The notes under the pieces were generated by a model, which did no database searches, had not been told where the DNA came from, and saw nothing but the letters and a program-made list of their open reading frames with translations. The position numbers were made by a program, and so were the translations under genes. Below are positions 24,886 to 38,700 of a DNA stretch of 64,000 nt, in pieces. The stretch is from positions 77,810,001 through 77,874,000 of the forward strand of contig NC_079170.1 in NCBI RefSeq assembly GCF_947568905.1, written 5' to 3'. How positions within the stretch are numbered: position 1 is the first letter of the stretch; each line of letters begins with the position of its first letter. The DNA comes from Ostrea edulis. Taxonomy: Eukaryota.

Positions 24886-27576
24886 CTTAATTGGGAAAAA
24901 ACATGCTAACTGTTCCACACAAATAAAAAGAATGTTTATATACTATTGATCTGAGACAATGAATTACGTAATTGCAGAAAAAGTCCAGATGTAACGAGCA
25001 AGCCTATAGCAAAACGAAACGTCATTACACACCATTTTCCATTAATCCTTTTACATAAAGCCAAATAGAATATGCCTTCAATTAGAATAGAAAACAGAGA
25101 TAAATAAGTACCGTGAATTTAAACGTATGGAAAAGTGAAAATGATGAACAGTGAACAATCTCATTAATTTTAATCGAAAATAAAGCCGTTGTATTCATCA
25201 AAACATAAATAATGTTGAAACTCATATCTTTCTTTCCTTGAGATATATATGAAAGATAATTAGATTGAAATGTTTTTACAGAGTCATTAAGGTTTGGAAT
25301 GATTTGTTGTCAAATCCTTAAAGACATTGTGAAAAAAGCAAGAGTATTTTCCTTTTATCTCATATATGAAAACAAATCATTATTAGCAATATTACTAGCA
25401 TTATCAAACATCGTTTAGTGTAAATTGATCACAGTGAGGATGTGGCGCATCACCGTGAAATAGATTAAACTCATTACTCAATGTTGACTGTGTTGTCCTG
25501 CCAAAAATAGTACAAAATGTCAAACGAAATGCTGTCTGTAGCACCGATATTTTTGAAAAACATCTGACAACTTTTTTTTTGCTTACATGCTATCTATGTT
25601 GAATTCATTTGAACGTGAAATGATTCATATTAGATATTTAACACTTACTGACGCGGCAAAGTAAATGTGAATAGAGTGATAAGTAAGTTAACACACGACA
25701 AAGTGTGAGTCTGGTTGCTCCCTTCTATAAAAGTTATTTTGAAATAAAAATATACGCTATAAAACCAAGCACTGTGATGGTGACCCGCATTATATAAGGT
25801 TGTACAAGGACACTTCAAAAATTTGTTAGTAGGTCGGCAAAAATTCTGGTTGTTATGTAGGTATACAGTATTTAGACGGCATCAAGAGCATTTTACATTC
25901 CAGAGATACCCCCATTATAGCATAGCATGATCATACATGCATTAGTCACGTCACCCAATATTTCTATATCTCAAAGTTCCTGTATCAATATCGTCGGTAG
26001 AAGTGAAAGGTGTCAATACATTAAAATATAAAGGAGTAAGATAAGTAAAGCGTGCACAAATGTAATTAAAATATGACGGACGATGAAAAAATTACTAGTA
26101 CCGTTAATCTTTGACATCTTCCGAACAGCGTTAAATTTAAGTGGATTTTTACAAATAAAGATTGTGTATAACAGCGGATATGTATCTGTCCTCTGCATTA
26201 TTTACATAAATACATGTTTCTTTTCACGGTTTCCTATATAAATATAAGAGAATGATTCTCATATTCTGTGTGTCCCAAGTCGATATTCGTAGATGTCAAA
26301 ATATATCTGCTCTCTAGGGACGATTCAATGTTCCAAATTGATATCTAACTCAAAATACCGCATGTAATATGACAAATATTAGAAATATATAATAGTAACA
26401 ATAAATAAAAAATAATTATTTCATAAGAACATCCCCACATATACTAATAAACATGTGATAACTGTGGTAGATAGAAATAAGAAAATATGATATTCATTGT
26501 TTCGAATTTAAACCTAGATGTCCCTTTTCACCTTGTGAGGTTATTCTGTGAAGCCTCATCATGTTTTTTTTGGGAAGTTTCAACTAATCTGCTGACAAAA
26601 TACTTTTACAACAGCAGTATAATAATTACCACTTTCCTTATCATAATCTTACAGTAAAAACATGCTGATATGATAGATATTTCCATTATTTTCTAAACAA
26701 AGTTCTTGTTATTAATATGCATAAATTATCACATAAGTGGATAAAAGTTCAGATAGAAATTTTCGTTTCCTCTTACGTTTTATTCAGTATTGATCACAAA
26801 ATGAAAAAGTGAATAGATTACGGACATTGGTCAATTTCCCAATTCCTATAAAGAATGCAAAATTAATATTAGAACAAACATATACCTCTGGACACATAAG
26901 GCGTTGGATTAGGTGCCTAAGAGGAATAAAAACTTCCTGCTAAACGGCTACATCCACACTCCAAATCACAACCTCTCGTCACGAAGAGAACGCTTTATCC
27001 ACAGAGCTAACGTGGCCAGACCAATATCAAATAAATCCTAGCAATCGCCTACATCATAACTGGCAACATGAAAGATACAGCTATGTAGTATTGGGGGGAA
27101 ACCCTAACCTTTAATGGATGGTGACGATATATATGTACATATAAAGAGATAGAACAGTAATTTGAATTGTCAATGATTAAAATTAAAACGTGTCAGTCGA
27201 ATTTTGTTTTATTATGACATTATTATGGTAACCTTCGTTTAGTATTTTGGTGTTTGTAGATCAAAACGGAAGTTAGGCAATGGACACTTTATCTTCTACT
27301 AAGAGATATTTAATTACTTTTTTTGTTTGTTTGACTACACCAGACGTAAAGGAATAGTTTACCTTCAAAGCAATTGAATGTAAATTATTAAACAGTATCT
27401 AAATTCAAATGATATTGAATATAAATGTTTAAACGGTCCCTATGTTTTTATGAAAGTTCAGGTTTTATTCTCCGTGTCCATTAGATGTTTTATAATGAAT
27501 AGTTGTATCATAATAACAAGTAACACTACCAGAGCTGCAGATCAGTTGAAGTAGTTCTATTAGATAACAGATAGAA

Positions 27577-27909
27577 ATGTGTAAGTTAGCTCTTTCTCTA
27601 ATTCTTATCTACCTTATAACTACTATTCCAGTAGTGTACCAACAGTGTCGTCGTCATCTGGAATTTCGTTTCAAATTCTTTGGAAGATTGTCAAACAAAG
27701 GCTATAAAACGATCTTTTCGGCAGAAGGGTCAACCTATGGGGATGTATTGAAGAAATGTTCTACGTTCTGTAATGGGGATCAGCGGTGTATTGGTCTAGA
27801 ACTCTGTCAAATCAGGGACGATATTTTTCGGTGTCGTGTTTGTTGTGGATGGAAGATAATTGGAAGTAATCATGTGGATGAACAAGCTGGTTGCAAGTAT
27901 CTAGAAATG
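27577..27909 (+). CDS. PAN/apple-like plus F-type lectin gene, exon 1 (signal peptide and Cys-rich PAN-like domain)
   Basis: MCKLALSLILIYLITTIPVVYQ signal-like start; C-x3-C-x5-C pattern (KKCSTFCNGDQRCIG); phase-0 donor ATG|GTAATT. Confidence 0.75.
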
Positions 27910-28212
27910 GTAATTATATTCAATGTTCACGAGTTAATTGACGTAAAACAAAATATGCAATAATACTTAAGTACATGAATGAGAAAATACTTAAGTGATC
28001 GGAATGTCTGCGGAAAATACGAAATTAAATGCAAAACAAAGTTAAACTTCGTATGCCGGTATATGACATTATTGTATTATGGTTTTCAGAAATTCAATGA
28101 AAAAAAAATTCCCATGTTTTAGCTTTATCTTTGAAATGAATCGAACATCGTTACGTATCAAAACGCTTGTATACCAAATCATTGTCAGAAATTGATAAAA
28201 TTTGTTTTACAG

Positions 28213-28234
28213 GACCAAGAACACAGGGAGAACC
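28213..28234 (+). CDS. PAN-FTL gene exon 2 (22-nt microexon, DQEHREN)
   Basis: TTTTACAG acceptor, C|GTAAGT donor; converts phase 0 to phase 1 as required to join exons 1 and 3. Confidence 0.65.
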
Positions 28235-28461
28235 GTAAGTAGAGATCGATGAAACATGTTCATATTGAAAAATTACTGAGTAGTACGAAAATCCATAGGT
28301 TTGTACTAGGGCTATCTGTAGGGGATGGTATTTACAATATTATGGACGGATGGGAAAACGTGAAACACTTAATCAAAGAGCACTAGAAAACAATAGTTTA
28401 TCAATAGGATTATACATCAGTGTCAATGTACGACGACACAATCTCTATTGAATAGTAGACT

Positions 28462-28463
<2 letters not shown>

Positions 28464-28520
<57 letters not shown>
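28464..28520. repeat. (CT)n microsatellite
   Basis: Direct. Confidence 0.95.
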
Positions 28521-28522
<2 letters not shown>

Positions 28523-30449
28523 TTCTCTCTCCATATAGACATAACACACGTAGGGATCGCCCTATCCATTTAATGACACTGAATAGTATAATCTGCTTTC
28601 ATAGCATTATCATCATACAAAGTAGTATGTTAATCTTAAAGTATACATACACGATGTGACCGTTAGACCTAGCAAAGCATGACAGGTGAATATAACGAAC
28701 AGTGATCAATCGCAAAACTCCTATAAACATTACAGAATAGGATGAAATGTCAATGACGTACCCCGAGTGATAATCATAGTTCAGTCCAGAGTGATTAATT
28801 AGAAAGCGACATATTAAATCACTTCTTAAATGGACAGCAACATCCAAATAATGACTATACAACGGAATACATAAGACGAACTACATGACTCGTCTACTCA
28901 TTCAACACAGGACATATGATTAGTAAACATGTAAACGTATACAATATTGTATATTTTCATTTAAAGGAACTCGTGAACTCGTTCATCTAATTAGTTACAT
29001 CACTGTTTTTCTAATGATTGATAATGTAATAAAACTGTTATAATAAGAATTATTTCATTTCTTTTGAACAAATTGAGTTAGCGTCTTGTATTTTGACAAT
29101 GAAATCTAAAACACGAATAACTGTTTAGGCAACCGATGGAGGAAAATGGCGGCGTCCAAATGGCTCACAAAAGTTTCAGTGAACTTCTTTGGAAATCATC
29201 TCTTCTCTTTTGGCAATTTTAACTTTTTATCTTAGGGAGATTTTTTTCCCGCGTTTCGAAGTATAGCGGAAAAATATTGTATATACGGATTTTTAGTCAT
29301 GTGATGTGTGTTATTCGTGGGCTGATAATTTTCAGCCAATGAAAATACTTGCGATGTGTTCGATTGTGTGTATCAGGTGCTCATTCTCTAGCCGCCTTTC
29401 GAGCTGTGAACTCAAGTTTTCTTATTTTCATTATAATGAAAATGTCATGAAATAAGATTTGGAGTAATATAGGATGCCCAGTTTTCAGAGTTTTTTGGTC
29501 CCAAAATTCAAGGGGTTCCATCTCTGTTTTCCCCCTAGGCTTCATATATTACATCATTTTCCCCCATAGAATATTCGAGAATAACTGTGAAGATGAATTT
29601 TGCACAATGTGTAGACACTGTTATGTTTGAATATGAATTATAAGTGAATATCATATATTAATAAATAGTCGGCGTCTAATAACTACGGCGGACTGTTGGC
29701 AAAATATATAATTTAGTTTTCGTCATCAGATATGGAAATATAGTGGATACCGCCATTTACTTTCACTTTTGTTAACGCCAATAACTCCCGTTATACATTC
29801 TACGAACGAGAAATATTTTCTCTTGGGAGGCTGAAAAATAAAGTTCTGAATTTAGGTACTTGTAAGTACTATATATATTAAATATTTTTTTCTTAAACCT
29901 TGATAAACCAAAATATGAAGAAGAAGAAGAAGAAGAAGAAGTAAAAACGCTGCGGAATTTTTTAACGTGCTGAACAAGATACATGTACGATGATTGTGTC
30001 GTTATTTCTCTATTACGCAATTACCTCATTTGGACCCAAAGTCTCATGACGCGTCACAATTTTTAACACACATGGAGGCAGCAACTACGACACTGTACAT
30101 CATGAAGCGCACTATTTATTACACTTATTCCTATGTGGCATATTTTTAGATGTAATTGGAATCAAAAATCGAAATAAATACTCATAGTATTCGATCCACC
30201 ATTGCCTAAATTAGTTCGATTACCTCATATTGAACAAGTGACAAACACCGAAAAAGGCACGATGAATGATCATGTTTACAAATAAAAACGCAATTGGATT
30301 TATTGTTTCACATTACGTTGATATCGATGTTTTGTTCCACAAATGGCTGGAATAGTAAAGATGGACATTTTACAACACAGATATTGGTAATCGTTTTGGA
30401 AATATTGATATCATACCATAGATTTGACTAAATGCATACTATTTAACAG

Positions 30450-30656
30450 TTGCAGCTATCGCATCGTTAAGTACAGTCTTTGTACACACTGGGGTTCCTT
30501 TATATGCATCAAACGCAGTAGATGGAAAAACGAAATGCATAAACCTTACACAAATTGCACACTCCAGGGGAGAACAAAATCCATGGTTACGAATTGGTCT
30601 GAAACGGGATACCAATGTGAGGAAAGTTTTATTATACAACAGACAGGACTTGGTTG
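30450..30656 (+). CDS. PAN-FTL gene exon 3 (F-type lectin N-terminal half)
   Basis: LAAIASLSTVF..YASNAVDG..IAHSRGEQNPWLRIGL..VLLYNRQDLVG; TTAACAG acceptor (alternative TGCAG 6 nt downstream, same phase), G|GTAAGA donor. Confidence 0.85.
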
Positions 30657-30998
30657 GTAAGATATAACAGATATAGAAACAATTGCTTTCTCTATCTCCA
30701 TCCTTTCTCTGCCTTTTACGACATACTACTTTTAGGATTATCATAATTTGACATATTATATCATAACAATCTAGTTTGCCAATACAACGTATATCAATTG
30801 TTTGCTTTCAAAACAATGACACCATACGTTGATAAAGATAACTGTATTATCTTTAATGACAAATCAGTTGAAAGAGATTTAATGAACATTTTGTAGGCGC
30901 AGGTATCATAGAGGATGGTAAAACACTTTGACTTAAACTCACATGCCAAAAGTATGTCACCTCCCCCCAAAGATGGCCGCTTATATTTTTGTTTACGT

Positions 30999-31470
30999 GT
31001 AAAACTTATACGGTACCAATTTTGATGCACCAGATGCGCATTTCGACAAATAGTATCACTTCAATGATGCTCAAACCGAAATTATTGGGAATCAAAATAA
31101 CAATTAACTTGTAGGAGCTAAAAGGAAAACTAGAATGCCAAACCAACTAGAGCCAAATTCGTCCAAGGATAAGAGCTATGCATGAGGGAGATATTCCTTA
31201 ATTTTCAAATGAATTTCTAAATTTTGATCGCAGCAATTGAATATACATCCGTAATTTCAAGCTAGTAACGCAGCACTAAGCTACTGGGCTGTAGGGACCC
31301 TCGGGGAATAATAGTCCACCAGCAGAGGCCTCGACCCAGGGGTCATAATGTAAAACTTATACGGTACCAATTTTGATGCACCAGATGCGCATTTCGACAA
31401 ATAATATCTCTTCAGTGATGCTCAAACCGAAAGTTTGGGAAATCGAAATAACAATAAACTTGTAGGAGCT
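30999..31470 (-). mobile_element. 1.3-unit tandem of the hammerhead repeat in PAN-FTL intron 3 (period 351)
   Basis: Units start at 30999 and 31350; motif 31022-31074 has a mutated core (TTGAAGT), motif 31373-31425 is intact. Confidence 0.85.
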
Positions 31471-31639
31471 TTAAACTTGAATGAAAAAAAAACGCTAAAT
31501 ATATTGCTTCCTAGAATCCTAGTTGTGCCTCAATATTTTGTAATAAAGCCTTTCTATGCAATTACTTTCTGACTTCGTTTTGGTAGACTGAAATAGAGGA
31601 ATATGATAAAAATGTCTGACAGATTCCAGGCACAGAATA

Positions 31640-32100
31640 TTTTTCATTTTAAGTGATCGGTGGTACGGATATAAACAATTCTATGTTTTTATGCTTTTCC
31701 AAAACAGGCAAGATATTTTAACTTGGATTTAAGTCGGAAGATTGTGGGAACAAAACTTATGGGATTGTGTTTCGTTGTTTCAAATCCTCCGTCAATCGGG
31801 AACGTTGATCGGGACATTTGGGTAAATTTCCAAAATAGTTCACGATTGCAGACCACAAATACTCATTCAGTACACTAATATACCTTTGAAAATTAATATT
31901 ACATTCAACAAATGCCATCATTCGAGTTCCCTGGTATGTAAATGTCCCCCAAACACACCATTTCAAACTGCATGAGAATCCCTTTCTAAGTTTAATAGTC
32001 CATACATTTTCCCGATATTTTCCTTCAAACACCTTTGCCGCTTTCCTTCCACGTTCAGTTAAATAACACTTTTCTTCTCATCAATGATAAATTCTCAGCA
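31640..32100 (-). mobile_element. Decayed Tc1-like transposase fragment
   Basis: CVWGTFTYQG..AFVECNINFQRYISVLNEYLW..NTIP..PQSSDLNPS*NI resembles the Tc1 catalytic region. Boundaries approximate. Confidence 0.55.
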
Positions 32101-32104
32101 CTTT

Positions 32105-33440
32105 CGTAATAAGTTGAGATCTGAAATGGGAACAACATGTGAAATGGATAACTGAAAAGGCCTCAAAGCGTTTATTATCCCTACGCAAATTAAAATACTC
32201 TGGATTAAGAGAGAGTTATCGTCTTCGAGTTTATAAGTCCCATATAAGACCGATTTGTGAATATTCATACCAGGTGTGGTCCACATGCGTCATATCTACT
32301 CTATCAGATCAAATCGAATCCATCCAAAAGCGTGCTCTCAAGATCATACGACCATTATACTCCTACCAAAAAGCTTTGGAATATACCCGACTTGAAAACC
32401 TATCTGATAGACGCAAAAATATATGTTTAAAACTTTTCAAGGATATGGAAGACCCATCCCATCGACTTCACTGCCTCCTTCCTAACATTTGCGAAAACCT
32501 ATATAATCTAAGAAACTCCTCAAAATATTATTTACCAAAATTTAAAACAAACCGTTACAAGAACAGCTTCACACCCTGGTGTATACTAAACCAAACGCAT
32601 ACATAAGCATACATTGTATTCTGAAAGCTAGTCAGCAAACCTTTAATCCTTATTTCAGACTCATTAATTTGGTTGTTTTGTTTTAAGGTTAATCGATCCT
32701 CGTGTGATGTCATAGCTTTTTGCAAAAATCTTTATCAAATTAAACTTTACGCATGAAAGAAATATATCTTCAGAGGAATTTTATATACTACATGAAATAA
32801 AAACTTTGGTGAACTATTGATATTGAAAAAGTGTATATTTTCTATAGATAATCAATTCTTTATAATTAAAAAAAATGTTGTCAAGGGCAATAACTCCTAT
32901 GCTGGAATTTCTTCTACTGCATGTCTATTGTGCATGATTTCCCTTATATCCACAATTAATTTATACATATTTATGAATTAACAGTTTTCTTAAACTGTTG
33001 ACATTTAACATTTGTCATTTCAACAAGATTTTATCTATTTCAATTATTCTGAACAACGGAAATGTGTGATTTTCTGATGTTAACATATACTTCCGTTCTT
33101 TTATGTCTGACATCTTTAAAAATGTGGCAACATACACATTTTCTATGGTTATTGTTTAAATTTAACTATATTGAATGGAAATTAATACAGTTTTTGCACT
33201 TTTATCCATAGTTATTGATAAGTCACATGAGGATCGATCGACCTTAACTTATGTACGTCCATTTATTAATATTTTTCTCCAAATATTTTATTGTATGTAA
33301 ATGCTTTTTAAATTATTCTTTGTCTTTAATTTCATGCCTATTCTTATCACGTTTATATTTTGCTAATATTCTTATGTGTTTATCTTAGTTATTGTACTTT
33401 CAACTTTGAAAGTTGCCAATGAATAAATATCTATCTTTCT
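32105..33440 (+). mobile_element. 3' end of an L2/CR1-group LINE (RT C-terminus 32105-32606 plus 3' UTR)
   Basis: DLKWEQHV..KASKRLLSLRKLK..YKSHIRPICEYSYQVW..IESIQKRALKII..YNLR..TNRYKNSF; AATAAA near 33422. Confidence 0.8.
32687..33243. mobile_element. Kolobok-like MITE (TTAA TSD, GG..CC ends, 21-bp imperfect TIR) in the LINE 3' UTR
   Basis: TTAA|GGTTAATCGATCCTCGTGTGA ... TCACATGAGGATCGATCGACC|TTAA. Confidence 0.75.
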
Positions 33441-35287
33441 CTTATGCTTGTTGTTTACATTGGCAATGTAGAATTAGCAGAAGGGAAGGGAACTTTCGGT
33501 TTACATACGATAAAAATTGTATACGGTGACTTGTCTTTGACTAAAGTAAGTACATTCGTAAGTTTGAAATAAGATTTTATTGATAATAAATATCGATTTA
33601 CTTTTTTACGGTGGTCAACTTGGGAGATATTTACAAACTTTTGGCACGTGAGTTTACATTGCATAAGCATCTTACATTGGACAAGTGTTTGTCAATTACC
33701 CAGTTGATGCAAACTTCTAAATCTTCTTAATATTTCATTTCGTTTCCTTTCTTATAATTTGCATAGTGTTCGACGTTAAACACCCCCCAACAAAACAAAA
33801 ACCTTTAGTTATTAATCTTAATTATAATGTTTTATTTTGGTAATCTTACATATATAAGATCATGTGCCATAATGCCATTTACTTTCATTTAATTTGTTTT
33901 ATTGTATTATTCTTTTTCATGTCCTGGTAAACCGCCTTAGAGTAGTTTGTTTTATGTAAGGCGCTATATAAATTTTATTAGAACTATCATTGTTATTATC
34001 ACATTCGATTGCCTAAAGAGACGTGTATCACCATCGGAATCCGGAACATAATATAAAGTCACGGATTATTTGGTAATTCTCGTTTAGTAATGGGCAAGAA
34101 TCGATTGCATCTGAAACACCCGGGATTTTTCGTATACAGCCATGCCGGTCACGTAATATCAACAGGGGTACTTCCATTTAATCTTGTTTACACTGGTAGT
34201 AAAATTGTTTTCGACAAATACATAGATTTTGCGATACAAACGGTCGCAAATCAGATAAAGGATAGAAAGGGATGTATATCTACTTTGGATGATGTCAAAC
34301 TTCATCTTTTTCCAAACCTTCAGTTCACGCAGAGGAAAGGATGGTGTCATTTATAAGAACACCACGAGCAGCAGAACAGTGCAGAGCGTCAGAGTGATTA
34401 CTACATTCCATGAAAGCTGAACACAAAGAAAAACACACTTGTTCTGGCGAGTTTGCTTGCCAACCAAGATATTTGTGCTGACTCTTAAAACATAGATTGA
34501 GTAACATCCTGTCAATCTTAAAAATAGGCATATTTAATGGATACCCTCATCCACATATGCGCAGTGCATATATTTTACAATGGTGTTCATGTGAGATCAA
34601 GCTGATAATAAAGCATCACATATTAGGGAATTTCTCACATATAGAGAAATCCTTATGAATTTTACAAAACTAAAACCAATGATAAATCAATGATACCGAT
34701 CAAGATTTTAATCGAAAAGTTAGTTGTGGTTGCAATCAAAACATGTTTAGGTTTAGGTCAAATTTGAGGTTTGGTCAACTGCTTAGGCAAGGCCAAAATT
34801 TGGATCAGAGCCAAATCTGAGGGCAAGGTAGGGGTCAAGACATGGGATGAGACCAGGGTTTATAGTATGTCCGAGAAAATAAATGCGCTGTTTCGTGTAT
34901 GTTGCAGGAAATTGTCTGTGTATCAGCATGGCGGCTTTATGTGTAATACTCTTTGAGCGCAGACGATTAGTTTTTTGTTGAATATAGATATCCGTCAGTC
35001 ATTTATAATTTTTATGAGAAATATTTATTAATCTTTATGAAGATTAAGTTTTAGATTTCATTCTTCTGTTAACAAAACACAAAGCGTAAAACCAATAAGG
35101 GGAAATTCTACAAGAGCCACGATATGTAGAAAACGGGAATTCAATATGAACTTAATGAATATTTATTTCTAAAGTTTCTTCTATAGTAGTATTCTGATAT
35201 GTCAATGATGCCATCAGTTTAGAATATGCGAAATGGGTGTTATTCATCATGTTTTATTAACGTAGAATACTTCAATTTTATCAACAG

Positions 35288-35496
35288 GTGATCGACTCCA
35301 TAATGTAAGGGTAACGGTCACAGGACATGGGAGGGATTATTCTTGTGGATTTTTCCCGGGACCAGCTGCAACTGGTGATCTCGTCCTGTTCATGTGTGAG
35401 AACGGTGTTACTGGTGTTAACGTCACAATTCAGATCCTATCTGAAAATCAGTCCTTGGATTACCTTACTCTCTGTGAAGTAGAGGTTTTTGATTAA
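35288..35496 (+). CDS. PAN-FTL gene exon 4 (F-type lectin C-terminal half); spliced CDS 771 nt, 256 aa
   Basis: CAG|GT GAT CGA CTC CAT AAT: GDRLHNVRVTV..CGFFPGPAATGDLVLFMC..GVNVTIQI..LTLCEVEVFD*; phases of all four exons are consistent. Confidence 0.88.
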
Positions 35497-35864
35497 CTTT
35501 GACTGACGCTTCCCTACCACTGGAGATACACGATTAGCTGAATACATGTATATATATATTGTATGGTTATGTTTGTTTTACGTTCCGTTGACAATGTTTC
35601 ACTCATATTGAGACGTCTATTGTATGGTGGTCTGTAATCATTGTCAATTCCATGACAATATCCTGTGTATTACTTTCTTTAATCATATATACTGTAAGGA
35701 TATTCATAATCATGTTGATATATCAATACCTCCTCCCCTCGTACAAAATGTCTAATCTGTCTTTTTAAACATTGATAAGCGTCTTGGTATAATTCGTAAT
35801 AAATTACCATAAACGCCAATGCGTACTCTGTTACCCAACAACCTTGAACTTAAATAGAAATGTA

Positions 35865-37325
35865 CAGTGGAACCTCGGTAATCCGAACGCCATTAATCCG
35901 GACGCTTCGCCTTCCGGACGAATTTTCTAGGGAACAGAATTCTTATAGGTTATTTTGCATCATTAATCCGGAAATTCATGTTTCGGATCCGGACGGTCAT
36001 TTTTTAGTACAAAACATTAAAATGCATTGAAAATTGTACCGTTAATCCGGACAGTAATTTTTTTAGGGAAGGTCTGTGTCGGACAATTTTAGCAAGGCGT
36101 AAATTGTAAAGAAACAAACCAAACTGTCTAATTGAAGCGATTACCATTTAATTAGGTGGTGTGTGATGATATGTCAGTTAGATAGCTAGCAAGTGCCGAT
36201 CGAGACATGGTATTGCCAATTTTTGCACATAAGATCTGTATTGCTTGGAGCGTTGAATTTTGTAAATAAATCTGTAGTTTATAATTTTGATCAAATAGCC
36301 TAATCGTATTAATAAATTAAACATCATGCCATAATGACATGTTTTATCGAACTGCTAAACATATCAGTTGTACTGATTCGTAAATTGATAGCGGCTTATT
36401 CAAATTCAAAGAGTGTAGATCGTACCTCTAGATTCTGGATTTTATACTGTAGATTGACATGAAATATGCATGTTTGTTCATGCACATGTATATGTAGTAA
36501 GTTTTTAATGTTTAGAATGTAACGCATATAGAATGTACCAGTCTATGATTGACTTTTGTTACGATGTTGTAGAACTTTATTACTTTCGAATTTTTAAACT
36601 TTCAGTAGAAGTGAGAAAATTACCATTTTCAGGAAAATGACAATAATAGGTCTGCGTGGCTAGATTAAAGCAGTGGTAGGCTTTAATATCACTATTTTGT
36701 TATCCCGATTTTGGCTTGGATAATTATAGAATAAGAAATATAAACTCTGGCAGATGGAATTTTGGTTAAAAAATGTTGTCAACTGATATGATAAACCTGA
36801 AATTCTTAAATCAACTTTGTACGATGAAGATTGTTTTAATAGACCGCCGAACTCGTGAATCGTGACTGATGGGAATAACCAGCTTCTTTACGAAGTTAAA
36901 TTGCGATGAAAAGTTTGAATTGTAAAAGATATGTTAGTTACTACACTGTAATGATTTATTTATTTATAGTTACATATATAATAGTGCTTCATTACTTGTT
37001 TTATTGCATACGATACAATTTTGTATAACAATTTGTAGTGCTAATATAAATGTACACTGTAAGCACAGGGAAATACACTGCACATGTATATTTCAATTTT
37101 ATTACTTTGAAATGCATGTAAATGTTAACATTATCATAATTTATTTACTAATGTAAATGGTCAAATCCAATGATAGAATGTGGTTAATTCACTACGCATC
37201 AATAAAGTAAGCATATTGGTTACTTATGTAAAGATAGAAAATATGCGATTCAGTTATCCGGAGGTTTCATTTATTCGGACGATTTTGCTGGGAACCAAAG
37301 TGTCCGGATTAACGAGACTTCACTG
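35865..37325. mobile_element. pogo/Tigger-like non-autonomous TIR element, TA TSD (copy B only)
   Basis: TA|CAGTGGAACCTCGGTAATCCG ... CGGATTAACGAGACTTCACTG|TA; repeated subterminal ATCCGGAC; empty TA site at 437-438. Confidence 0.9.
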
Positions 37326-38121
37326 TATATCCATCCTATATTCATTAATCTTAGCGGAAGATTGCCCTTCTCCAATACAGCAATCGACAATATATTTAAA
37401 ATCCCCACACATTGTAAAACTTTTATATAACATAGACGTAGTTGTATCGTTCTTTTCAAGCTGATTTTAACTACGTTATTTTCACCTTTTCATGAACATG
37501 TGAACAATTACTTAAAATTTGATGACATCACCACTGCTTTTGAATTGTGTGGACATATCGTGCTTGGAATTATAATGAATGTAAACAAATACCGTTGTTA
37601 CCTCCTGCACCTAAAGAGTCATAACGGGAGGTAATTTGACCGTAAAACTGGCAACATGTCGTGGATATCAATCTTGTGTTTAAATAGGTGACTCGCGTAT
37701 GGGTTTTTTTCCGATAATTCTAGAATAAATGCCATTGTAAGCAAAATGTGTTGGTAAACTTTGATATGGTTATAGATTTGTTCTAAAGTCCACTGGATTT
37801 ACTGCTTTTTAAAAGCAAAATTATCCCTGGAAAAGCAATATGATGGGTGAGGGGAATAATAAAGGAGTTCTTTTGAACAGAAATTAGTTTAACATATTTC
37901 CGAAGAAATAGTTTTTTCATAGCTGAAAAATGCATAGGCTATAAAACACACATATTGTATTTGTATTGCATTTGTATTATATTTGTCAGTAATGTATGCA
38001 CATAAATTATCAATACCATTATGAAATATCATTCACGCACTCTGTGAGTGCTACGTTGTCTGTGCTAGATGTAGGTTTATAGTATTAGTGTAATGTTTAA
38101 TATAATTCACTGTATACATGT

Positions 38122-38243
38122 AACTAATTTTTGTTGATATAATATAATTTAGACAGTCTTTTACTGATTTTTGTTGATATAATATAATTTAGACAGTCTT
38201 TTACTGATTTTTGTTGATATAATATAATTTAGACAGTCTTTTT
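38122..38243. repeat. 40-bp tandem repeat, ~3 copies (copy B only)
   Basis: TTGTTGATATAATATAATTTAGACAGTCTT at 38131, 38171 and 38211; single copy near 1240. Confidence 0.9.
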
Positions 38244-38604
38244 AACAGCACAATTGTGTGCAGCATAGAGAAACAAATGACTTACTGACTATTGATTTTC
38301 TGTATTATCAGCATAGATGTAAATTATTTTTATTGGTTTTATTTACAATACTTTACATATAATATATATACTGCTTTTTGATGTGATATTGTGTCAGTGT
38401 TTATTTTAATATGTGGTAAATAAAAATAATAATTGGAAGTTCAAAACAAGATGGACAACATACTTTAGTGGGGCTATGTAGAGATTGTATTTCATATTAA
38501 TTGAATATTTGAATGTCAGAACATGTTGTGTGATGATATCAGATATCGTGACACACACAGGAGTCGTGTAATCATACCAGACGGTGCACGTCCTCCGAGG
38601 AAGA

Positions 38605-38692
38605 ATGTTGTGTTTGGTGCTGTGCGTTCTATTCCTATTTTATCCATTACAAACGGATTCGACAGAAATTAAACCCCATGCCTTTGTGAAAA
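38605..38692 (+). CDS. FReD-B exon 1 (signal peptide MLCLVLCVLFLFYPLQTDSTEIKPHAFVK)
   Basis: Paralog of 1639-1726; phase-1 donor. Confidence 0.8.
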
Positions 38693-38700
38693 GTAAGAAT

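Noticed and set aside
34090-34531. Short overlapping ORFs in FTL intron 3 (and 5242-5532)
   Set aside because: No recognisable motif; probably TE debris and cannot be assigned without a search.
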